Shown here piece after piece: positions 27,501-39,500 of a stretch of 64,000 nt of DNA. Source of the stretch: Leucoraja ocellata (Eukaryota). Numbering within the stretch: the first letter of the stretch is position 1; the number at the start of each line of letters is the position of its first letter. The stretch spans positions 372,001 through 436,000 of the forward strand of contig JAWMAR010000079.1 in assembly GCA_036785375.1 (NCBI GenBank), read 5' to 3'. The notes beneath the pieces are model-generated. The model searched no databases. It had not been told where the DNA came from and was given only the letters and a program-made list of their open reading frames with translations. The position numbers and the translations under genes are program-made.

Positions 27501-30500
27501 GGACATAGGTTTAAGGTGAAGGGGAAAAGATGTAATGGGAATCTGAGTTTTTCACACAAATGGAGGTGGATGTATGAAACAAGCTGCCGGAGGAGGCAGT
27601 TGAGGTAGGGACTATCCCAACATTTAAGCAGCAATGAGGCAGGCACATGGATAGGATAGGTTTGGAGGGATATGGACCAAATGCTGGTAGTGTGTAAGTA
27701 ACTCTTTGGGATAGATTGGTCAGGCTGTCTCAAATAGGCTTCGAGCCAAGGCAGGAAGAGCAGAGGACCTAAACTAGTAAATACGGAAGATTCAAGCCAG
27801 AATATTGGGGATTCTATTTCTGAGGTTGCGGAAAGGAATGTATATGAGGCATGGTCAAGGGATATTTATTCTGTTTCTGCCTGTGCATCTGGCACCAGGT
27901 CAGATGCAAGAAAATTCCTGAATTCTATTTTCTTTAAGTCCATTAAATCCCCATTTGGGCACTATTCCAAGAGGTAACAATTCATGTCAGGTACCTGTTG
28001 CTTTGGGAGAGCAAGATGGGAAATCCATTGGATGATGAATAAGTGGAAGCAATGGCACAACTGGGAGTTGAAGCCGAGGACTTGGCGGCTGCGGTTTGGC
28101 TTGTCAGGGATGTTATGATATTCGGGGCAAATTCAAGATGGAGGGAGAGGGAAAAGAACCAATTGGTGTGCCACTGTTGCTGTCAATCTTTTATTTTTAA
28201 ATCTGCCAGCTCGAGGAGCAGGTCAAGACATGGAACACCTTGATTTCAAACTTGTGGTGGAACCGAAAGATACGCCGTCGTTCACTGTGATTCTGGTGGC
28301 CTCGTCACGGCAAGAGAAAGCTGCATGGACTAGTGATATTAGCCAGGTGAGTGAATTCTCATAGAATCATGTAGACAAAGACTGTTTGGTCATTGTGCAT
28401 GTCCCAATGTGAAAGAGCCTCTCCATTTAATCTCACTCCTCTTGTCCTTTTCCTGGGATTTCTCATTGGTTCTTGCTCTGGTTCTCACTCCTTTCTTCTT
28501 CAAAAGGTTCCTAATCTCCTCCCTCTTTGGCAAAAGTTTAATTTTAGTATCTCCTCATGTAGTTGGTAACAAACTGTTTGTTGGTGCTCCTGTGAAGTAT
28601 CTTGGCTGTTCTACTGTGTTAAAAGTTCATTAATTATTGCTGTATGGCCATAGAAAGGTGCTGAATTTTCCGACAGTAATTTCAGTTCTTAGAGAATACA
28701 ATTATTGCTGCAAATATTCAGCGGATCAGGGAGCATCAAAGGAGGGAGAAACAGATTCATATTTCAAGCTTTTAACTTTTCATCCAGTTGTTCAAAACTT
28801 TGCAGGGTTTAAAAAAAAAAATCAGGTCTGCAGTTTTTTTATTATTATATACCAAATTATTTCTCTCTCTCCAGTGCATAGATAATATTCGATGCAATGG
28901 TCTGATGATGAATGCATTTGAAGAAAACTCCAAAGTCACAGTTCCACAGATGATTAAGTAAGTGATAATCCACTGCAAGTCTACTCAACTCACAGAAGCA
29001 ATTGTGTGCAGAGGAAGTGTCTCTTTAATGCAGTCAGAATTTGGTCACATAGTGGCTAAGTTACTGGGCTAGAAATCTGCAAACATAAAAACATAATGCT
29101 GTTCAGGGAAGGAAATCTGTTCATCTTATCTATTATGGCCCCATGACTCCATTGCATTGAATCCATGACAGGTTCTGGATGCGTCTGAACTACCTTTGAC
29201 ATGCCTTACCAAGCACTCTGCTCTCACATCACCTTCTCATGGCAATTAGGGATGGAGAACGATTGATAGCCTTGCTAGCAAAACTTACATCCCATTATTG
29301 AATTTAGAAAAAACACTCCCAAACAACAAAAAGTAGAACTTGACCTATCTCTGTTATGTAGCTCCATTTCTATCTGCTGTGGGATAGACATTATCCTATA
29401 ATATACTGGCTAAGAAGTTCCTTTTGTTATTGGGGCTGAAGCTGTCAAATACTGTAAGCCTGCTACAGGGAGTTTGAGACTATACCCTTAACTTATGACA
29501 AGTCTGGTCAGTAGTCTGATAAGAGCATTGAAGAAACTGTCCCTTAGTCTGGTGTTACGTGCTTTCAAAGTTTTGTATCTTCTGCCCGACGGGGGACGAG
29601 AGAAGAGGGTGTGTAAAAGGTCCTTGATTTTGTTGGCTGCTTTCCCGAGGCAATGTGAAGTGCAGATGGAGTTTGCTTTGTATGATGGACTGGGCCTCAT
29701 CTACAACTTTCTTCAATTTCATGCTGACTTGTGAAAATCTGTTTCAAAACCAAGTTGCGATGCATCCCAATAGGATGCTGTCTGCCGAGCATCCATGGAG
29801 GTTGGTAAGAAATGTTGGAAACATGCAAAACTTCCTTAGTCTTCTAAGAATATAGAGGCATTGCGGTGCTTTCTTGGCTGTAGCTTCAATGTAGTTGGTT
29901 CAGGACAAATTGTTGGTGATTCATACCACTAGGAACTTGAATCTGTTGACCATATACATTTCAGCACCATTGATGATGATTAGGACTTGTAAATTACTCT
30001 GTTTTTTTTAAAACAATAACTAACCTTAATTTTTCTGACATTGAGAGGGGTTGGCTTGACACCATGTTACTAAGCTCTCTTTCTTCTCTTGTTCTCCGTT
30101 TTTGCCATGGTTTGAAATCTGGCCAACTATGGTGGTGTCATCTGCAAACTCGTAAATGGAGTTAGAGCAAAATTTGGCCACACAATTGTGAGTGTATAGG
30201 GAGTGTAGCAGGGGCTGAGAACAAATCCTTGCACAGCACCAGTAAAATTACCAACAAGGTTGTTTTGTAGCTGATCTTCCCTGATCGTAGTCTATCGGTC
30301 AGGAATCGAAGATCCAGTGGTAGAGGGTTGTACTAACTCCTAGATCTATGTGTTTGGTACTACAATCTTCTGCCACTAAATATTAGGGAAGGTGAGTGTT
30401 TGCATCCTCTTGAGCTGTTAAGCCAATTGATGAGATTATGATTGTTCTATTACACCTTACCTGCAGAATTTCTACCTTTCACCTATATCGCACCAACGTT

Positions 30501-33500
30501 GGTTATCTATCAGTCTCAGACTTAAAATTAACAATTGATCTGGCATCAATTGCCATTTACAATCTGCATCTTAACTGTCTCAGCTCGATATCCATTGAAA
30601 TCACATACTGTACTGTATGTACAAAATCTGCCAAACATTATCTGGAAATTTACCAGAAATGACATTGTCTGCATTCCAAATGACAGTCCACCTTTTCCTG
30701 ATTGTGATTCTCATTGTTTTCATTGTAACTGGCAGGTCTGACACCAGCCTTTACTGTGATGATGTGGATATAAGATTCAGCAAAACCCTCAACTCCTGCA
30801 AAGTTCTCCAGATTCGCTATGCAACCGTGGAGCGTCTATTGGAGCGCCTGACTGACCTGCGCTTCTTAAGTATAGACTTCCTCAACACGTTCCTGCATTC
30901 ATATCGGGTTTTCACCACAGCCGAAGTGGTGCTGGACAAGCTCATCACCATTTACAAGAAGCCAATAAGTGCGATACCTGCAAGGTGATGTCTCTCTGTG
31001 TCCATGTTTTGGTGTGATACATTTAAACCTACTGTACAAGCATATGTCATGTGGAAAGAATGAGTCCAATCATATGCATAATGATGTCAGTAATATGTTC
31101 ATACAAAATTCTTCACATTGTTTACAGAATTGAAATCATTGAGTTCTTGTTCTAATGAGAGCGTTTCCACTATTAATTTTGAATGAGGCAGATTTGCAAC
31201 ACTGTCAATAATTCAATAATTCCTTCCAACATTTTCTCCCAAAAACACATAAAAATCAATAACCATAGTGTGTTTAGATTGCCTGAAAGGGATAATAATG
31301 AAGAGACTAACTCTCAGCAAAGTGTGTTTGATTTCACAGTCTGCCCTAATCGTTTAATGATGCTTATAGTTAAATAAATGGAGCAATTATACATCAATCA
31401 TCCTATTAACACTAGATTTCCTCTCAAATGTAGGTCACTTGAACTCTTTCTTGCAAGCAGCCAAAATAATAAACTTATGTACAGGGAGCCCCCAAAATCC
31501 CCACGAGCGAGTCGGAAATTTTCCTCCCCACCGCCCCTTTCTATTTCTAAGACGTCGTCACCAATTCGGAGGAGGAAGCTTTCCCTGAATATTCCCATTA
31601 TCACGGGGGGAAAGGCCCTGGACCTTGCCACCATGACTTGCTCATCCAATGGCTATGCAAGCATGTACTCCTCGCCGTCCCCCTTCAGCAAGACCAGCCT
31701 GGATATCAACAAGCTGTACGTGTCCAGCACCTATTCCAACAAACTCTCCGATGAGCAAGAAGCCAAATCAGACAAAGCCGAAGATTCTGGTCCCAGTAAA
31801 GGAGGTGAGTTGCGAGAACACTTCAAAAGCCAGTAGAGTTAAATGGTGAATGGTCAGGAAAAGAATCATTCTACAACTCATGTCTTGGTGCCAGGGTTCT
31901 CAAGATGTAGCTGCTGTTGGTTTGGACAACACTTAGTGCTTGTCCCTAATTATGTTTGAGAATATGAAAGTGCTTCTCCCCGAACCTTGCAGCCTGTACT
32001 GTTCAAGGGAAGACACTACCCTCCTACTTAATGACAATGCGTAAATGGCAGCAATGGTGAGAGGGTGCGTGAGTTTTCCTTTGCACTTAACGTACAATGA
32101 TAGGAAATATTTAATTGATATTAGTCATTGTGTACATCAGTTACTATTGAAAAATGGGCACTTCGCACTTTACCTGGGAGCTTGGGGCTTTGACATATAT
32201 ATGTCCGGTATCTTGATTAGTTGACCCACTACTAGTAAAGGTGATGGCGTTTATGTGAGTAAGGCTGGTGTGGACAAAAAGGCTTATTTACTGTAGGCTG
32301 ACTGCTTCTCATGTCAGCTATTGTAGTCAGGCCCCTTTCAGGCCAAGAAACACAGTCCTTCACTGAAATCGACACTGAGAGGCCAATTATTTCATGCAGC
32401 CCCCCATTGAAAGAGAAAGTATTCCAGGTGACGATATGCATGGATTGAACGCACTCCAGACATATAATGAATTTCTCATTTTGCAAGTAGGTGCAGCCAG
32501 GACAGTCAAGGAGGATTCCGAGATTGAGCAAGGCTTCAGTGATGAGGCTGAGACAGAAACATCACCGACAAAATCTCCAACGTCTCCAAAAAAACTAAAA
32601 TCAAAGAACTCCTCAGGTACGGAGTAAAGAACCTGGTGTCAACTCACGATAAGATCAAACAATCTCCTTCAACCGGGGAACTTTGTGTCTCTGTAACCTT
32701 TTCCCGACTGTAACTTGTGTCGGATTCCTGTCTCTGTAATCTCTTCAGTCCCAACAGTCCTTGGAAAACTGTAACCACCTCTAACCTCTGCAGCTCTCCA
32801 ACACAGCATGGCCACCTCCATCCACAACAATCATATCATTTACACCACCTTCAGCCCTGACACTCTGAGACCACTGCATTCGTCCATGTCTAGCTTTTTG
32901 TATTTATTCATTAATAGCCCCCTAGGTCCCAATATCTGGAATTCCCTCCTTTTAAAAGCAACCATTGTGTTACCTGCCCCACTATCACCTTATGCAAGTG
33001 TCTAATTTTGTTTGATAATATTACAATAAATGTGTTCAGATGCACTTTCTCCAACTCAAAGATTTGTTACAATACATTTTCAGAAGGTTGTATTTCTTGT
33101 CTGACTAGTCTGCTCTACAGACATACATTTTAGGTAGAATCTTTTATGTCTTTTGTTTGTTTCTTTTTTGAAAATTCTACTCTTACTTTAATTGTCTCAT
33201 TATTCTGTTTTATCAAGAATAATATAACTCATCATTATATAGCAGTTGTATTTCATACAGAAAAATAAAACTATTAATGCAGAGAATTTGGGGATATTGA
33301 AGGAATCAAGGGATATAGATGATTGCAAGAAAGTGTACACTGGAACAACTGCTATTAGCTTGTTGAATGGTGAAAGGCACGAGGGGCTAAATGGCTTTCT
33401 TCTGCTTTTAGCTTTTATATTCCCATTTTCTCACAAATGGCTTTCTAGAGAATGATATACACTATAGTATACATAAGTTGGCACAGCCAGTATAAGTTGA

Positions 33501-36500
33501 AATATATAACAAGCTAGTGATTGAAATAGCCAGGAGTTGTGGATTACCTGTGACCTTCTTTGACTCTGCAGAGTTCCCCTTGTTTTCCTACAATAACGGA
33601 GTGGTAGTCACCTCCAGTCGGGAGATGGAGAACAATCGTAGTGCACTGTCAGCGACCTCAGCATTTGCCATTGCGACGGCTGGTGCCAACGAGGGCACTC
33701 CCACCAAGGAGAAGTTCAGGAGAATGTCCCTGGCCAGCGCAGGTACCCTTTATTTTGGCACGTGGGATCGGATTTCTTAATGAATCTTTATTAATAAAGT
33801 CCCCTGTTAATTGATTCTAGTCATAATAGTTACTCTAATAATCAGCAGAAGGCAGTTTCAAAGATTAATCAATGATGAAATTGTATTTCTGCCTGTTTTT
33901 ACTATTAATGTAGTTAATGTATTTTCAGTGAAATCATGCTTTATTGGTGCTAGATTCGTATGAAATATCAAAAAGGAGGCATGAGGTCCCTTGTGTCTGC
34001 CTCAGCTCTTTTAAAGAGCATTATATTGGGATCAGATCAATAAATAGCTAAATGTTCTTGATTGTAAGTGAGGAATATAAATGACGCATTACATTCTCTT
34101 ATGAACAATATTCTAAATTAGCGCAGATGATGATGAGTTGGCAGTGGTAACAGAGTGATAGTTGATGGTTAGCGAGGATCCACATAACACCACAATAGAG
34201 AACAGAGTTGAATTGATTTATGTCACAATGTAAGGTGGCCAGTAGCGAGACTGAGAGCCAATAGAAATAAAAAAACTGGNNNNNNNNNNNNNNNNNNNNN
34301 NNNNNNNNNNNNNNNNNNNNNNNNNNNNNNNNNNNNNNNNNNNNNNNNNNNNNNNNNNNNNNNNNNNNNNNNNNNNNNNNNNNNNNNNNNNNNNNNNNNN
34401 NNNNNNNNNNNNNNNNNNNNNNNNNNNNNNNNNNNNNNNNNNNNNNNCTTAAAGGGGCAGGAACCAAAGCTGGAAATAGTTTTCGTATTTAATGTGAGAG
34501 AAATACATTTGTGCAGAATCACATGTTCCAAATGCACATTACAGCATGGTTGTACACTGCTGCTGAAATTCAGTTCCACTTATTTCACTGGTGAATTTTG
34601 AAAGTAGCTGCTGGTGTATGCATGTGGAGCACATATGAATGAGGACCTATTTCGACCCACTTGCTTAACTTTAACGGACCCTAGATAGACAGTGAAGGAA
34701 TCAAAGGATATGGAGTTAGTGACACAGAAGTAAAAAAACAGCCATGATCTTACTGAATGATAGGGAATCATGATTGTGATTATTATATTCTTATCTCGCT
34801 GAGATTTGGTGCGAGATAGTGAACCTGTTTGGGCACAAAATTGCAAATGTGATTTGTTCTTGGCATAATTTTCTGACTGTTGGCATAATTAAACAAGCTC
34901 AAACATGCTAGGTTTCGGATTCCTGTGTTAAGTTCACAGCTTGCATCTACCAGACACAACAGGGCAGAGCCTCACGATGGGTCCCAACTTTAAAAGTTCC
35001 TCTTTCACTCAAACGTCACTACAGCTGTTCACTTCAGAAACCCCCCAAACCCAAACCAGCTCTCTCTTCCTCTTTCGGCATGCTGCGGCTGAAACACTAT
35101 CGTTGTGAGCAAACCTTCTCCCAACAGAAACCACTGCGCATGGCCTGCGTGGTGAAAGATAGCTCAGCACAGATTACTCGAGAGTGGCACTGCAGTGGAT
35201 TTACTTCCTACTTCGCCAGAGACCTGGGTTTAAACCTGACTACAGATGCTGTCTATACGGAGTTTGCATGTTCTTGTTGTGACTGCGTGAGTTTTCTGCA
35301 GTTGCTCCGGTTTTCTCCAACATTCCAAAGATGTGCAGGTTTGTAGGTTAATTAGCTTCTGTAAATTATACCTAGTGTGTAGGATAGAACTAGTGTATGG
35401 GGGATCATTGATTGGCGTGGACTCGGGGGGCTGAAGGGCCTGTTTTCCACGCTGTATCTCCCAACTAAACTAAACAGTGTAAATTGTTGCATGTGGCTGA
35501 GCACTACAACCCGAGCTAAGCTACAGTTGCATTATCATTTTCATAACTAAGACAAGTCTAACATAGATAGTCAGGTTCTGTCAGACTCAAGTTGGTAGGC
35601 CAAGCTCCAGTGTGAGAGAGGGAGAGATATAATCAAATGCTTAGTCGTCAGCTCCCAATAGATGATGTGCCGAGGTGGTCTCTGATGTTCACTATTATTT
35701 CTGAATACATTTTTGCATTGATTCCAGGCTTTCCTGCTGATCAGAGAATTTGTGACAAAGAATTTGTCATTCGAAGAGCAGCTACAAATCGTGTGCTCAA
35801 CGTGTTGAGGCATTGGGTCTCAAAGCATTCCCAGGTAGTGCTTAGCTTCAATGTCGTATCCAATGGAACTTGATGTGCGTAAAAGAGGGTCGTGTCCTCC
35901 TGGTTTGATTCAAATGTGGTTCATATATTACCGAGTAGGTCCACTACAGGTATTATTTCCATAAACCTTGTGATCGGTTCTTTGGAATGTTATTATTCCA
36001 CTGTTCCATGCTGTTAAACAAGGTGTATCAGAGGATTATCTCATACTGTGGTTTCATTGATCCGAGGTACAATCTTGGCTTGCCTTACAAGCTGCATTGG
36101 ATCAGATAAGATGCAATCACTGAACAGATGACAGAGGCTCCCCTTCTCTGCTGTGGCCACTGTCAGGAACCAGTCAAGAGCATTTGATTTAAGTGTTTGG
36201 GAAATGATAAAGGCAGAAGAGTTTAATTGCACGCCTGGTATCCTGGTGTGCGATTGTCCAACTGCACAGGAGTATAACATTCCAATGTGAGTACCACGGG
36301 ACAAGGGAAGCCATTCACAGTCTCTGCTCCTACTCTGCAAAGTGTTGCAGTAGGATATTTCTCATTCACAGACAATGAAATACTTTTAAAGTCTAGATAC
36401 TGTAGCAGTATGCGAAATAAACTCACCAATTTGCATATGTTACAATAGGTATACTTCATAATATGCACAGTTTTCTTGTTTTCCTTACATTCATTTTACC

Positions 36501-39500
36501 ATCAATCCTATACGTTCTCTTACAATGTGTCCATGCCAGTCATGTTTCTTCCTTAAACAGTGTAGCTGTGGAGCCTTTGAAAGGCTGTTACACAAACACA
36601 GCACCCCAGTGGCAGCTGGGCCCTCCACAGAGCCTTCATGGTGTCTGCACGGAGGCTCAGCACATACCCTTGCACCCTGGTATGTACCAGTTAGCAGAAT
36701 CTGCTTATGGACATTTCACCCTGGAAGTTCAATCGGTTTCAAGCAGACCAAAGTGTGTCTTTCACCAAGTTAATTATTTTCAAGAGGCGATTTATGTTAT
36801 CTCAGTGTGCATTCCTGCAGACAACCCATGGATCACAAAGTCCTCTGGTACACAGCTGATCACGGCAAACCTCAGCAAGAACCACTACAGCATATCCCAG
36901 ACTTTCTCTCGGAAGAAACAGTACAGAAATGGCAGCATATTTCTCAAAATTGTTTTCCTTGGCATCAATAACCATGTAGGACTCGCAGCCACCCGTTTGG
37001 GTTAAAGTATCCCGGACACAAATTGTAAAATATCCCACTGCGGCAGAAATTAATTCATCAATCTACCACAAAAAATAGATTGACTCATAATTTGCTTCAT
37101 TTATACATAGAAACATAGAAAATAGGTGCCATTCGGCCCTTCGAGCCTGCACCGCCATTCAATATGATCATGGCTGATCATCCAACTCAGTATCCTGTAC
37201 CTGCCTTCTCTCCATACCCCCTGATCCCTTTAGCCACAAGGGCCACATCTAACTCCCTCTTAAATATAGCCAATGAACTGGCCTCAACTACCTTCTGTGG
37301 CAGAGAATTCCAGAGATTCACCACTCTCTGTGTGAAAAATGTTTTCCTCATCTCGGTCCTAAACGATTTCCCCCTTATCCTTAAACTGTGACCCCTTGTT
37401 CTGGACTTCCCCAACATCGGGAACAATCTTCCTGCAGCTAGCCTGTCCAACCCCTTAAGAATTTTGTAAGTTTCTATAAGATCCCCCCTCAATCTTCTAA
37501 ATTCTAGCGAGTACAAACTGAGTCTATCCAGTCTTTCTTCATATGAAAGTCCTGACATCCCAGGAATCAGTCTGGTGAACCTTCTCTGTACTCCCTCTAT
37601 GGCAAGAATGTCTTTCCTCAGATTAGGAGACCAAAACTGATCGCAATACTCCAGGTGTGGTCTCACCAAGACCCTGTACAACTGCAGTAGAACCTCCCTG
37701 CTCCTATACTCAAATCCTTTTGCTATGAATGCTAACATACCATTCGCCTTCTTCACTGCCTGCTGCACCTGCATGCCTACTTTTAATGACTGATGTACCA
37801 TGACACCCAGGTTTTGTTGCATCTCCCCCTTTCGTAATCAGCCACCATTCAGATAATAGTCTACTTTCCTGTTTTTGCCACCAAAGTGGATAACCTCACA
37901 TTTATCCACATTATACTGCATCTGCCATGCATTTGCCCACTCGCCCAGCCTATCCAAGTCACCTTGCAGCCTCCTAGCATCCTCCACACAGCTAACACTG
38001 CCCCCCAGCTTTGTGTCATCCGCAAACTTGGAGATGTTGCATTCAATTCCCTCGTCCAAATCATTAATATATATTGTAAATAGCTGGGGTCCCAGCACTG
38101 AGCCTTGCGGTACCCCGCAGAGATACATGAGATCTTTGTTCATCCAGTTAGACTATTAGGATTGTCACACAATAAAAACAGTGACTACATTTTAAAGAAT
38201 GGCTGAAGTCCATTTGGGTCATTCCTGAAATGTGAAAGGTGCTTAATAATGTCAGCCATCCCTCCATAAGATGCATATGGTACATGATGGGAAATTTAGC
38301 CACAGTTTTTGTAATTGGAGTCCCAGAAATATTAAATGTTAATTGTTCTTCATCTATAGGATTTTGAAGCAAACATCGAGTTAAAAACCAAAGTGATTGT
38401 TTTTCTGGAGGAAGTTATTCATGACCCTGAATTGCTAACTCAAGAGAGGAAAGCAGCAGCTAACATCATCAGGCAAGTTCTCCTAAGCAGGATTTTACTC
38501 CAACAAAACGATGAAATCGTAATGCGGATTACTTAATGGAAGGGATACTTCTTCAGGGTGAACCAGGTGATATTCCACAGAACCTGCAATTTGGAAACTG
38601 ACCATTTGGCATCTGGTTCCTGCAGGTGTTCCTGTTCCTCCTTAAACACCCCTGCCAATCCTTGTCTCTTTCCCCACCACCATATCCTTTATTTTATTGG
38701 TAATTTGTTTACCTAGATTCCTCTTAAATCCATTTTGATTATTGATTTCAACCATTGTGGAAATGGGTGGCTTGTCGTGATTGTGTCTGACTCCACCACC
38801 CAAGCTGCCACGACTCCAGCAGGTACAAGGTGGTGGAGCTGATCATCATTGGTGTGAGTACAAGTATCAGGTCCATGGACGTCGATCCATAGGGGAAATA
38901 AATGTGTTTTAATGAAGCTCTTGCTGGATTTTGTACTTGTATCTCTGTGCTAAATGTACTTCCTCGTCCACCCACTCAGTATTTTAAAGACTTGCCATCT
39001 TCCTGTGTTTAATAACACAGCATTTCCAATTTCTAGGACACTGAATGAAGGCGACCCAGGATATTACCAAATCCCTATGGAAGAGATTATGAACACGGTC
39101 GGTATCATTGTTTCTCTCCGCTTTGAGGGTTTCTGTGCTTTACAACCTTTATATTAAAATTCCATCTTTTTTTCCTCCTCTTTGAAAAGACGGAAGCAGA
39201 GACTTTTGAGAATCTTTCTGCCCTGGAGATAGCTGAAGAGTTGACTTTGTTGGACCACCTGGTCTTTGGGTGCATTCCATATGAGTAAGTCACTTCCTTC
39301 TTTTTAGACTTCCTTCATGTCAGTACAGAGGTGGCCGATGAGGCTTCTGTGGGATCTGCAGATTATGCTTCAGGTGTTTGACAAGGCAGTTGGTTGGGTA
39401 GTATGGGAGATGTGTACTCCTTCATTGGTGTGTTTGGCTTCCCTTTGCGCCCTACAAAGAGACACCGAGTGCTCAGTGCCTTCCTGAACGCTCCTTCAAC

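Noticed and set aside
28958-30995. Small mammalian alternative inserts (short exon after VPQMIK; WLR after IPAR)
   Set aside because: No recognisable exon in intron 13, and extending exon 14 past its donor hits TGA immediately.
34280-34447. Hidden exon in the N gap
   Set aside because: Exons 17 and 18 join in frame (SLASA-G-FP) with no missing conserved sequence.
36463-37005. 180-aa intronic ORF (also 16206-16724 and 54724-55242)
   Set aside because: No recognisable domain, splice support or coding-like composition; expected by chance.
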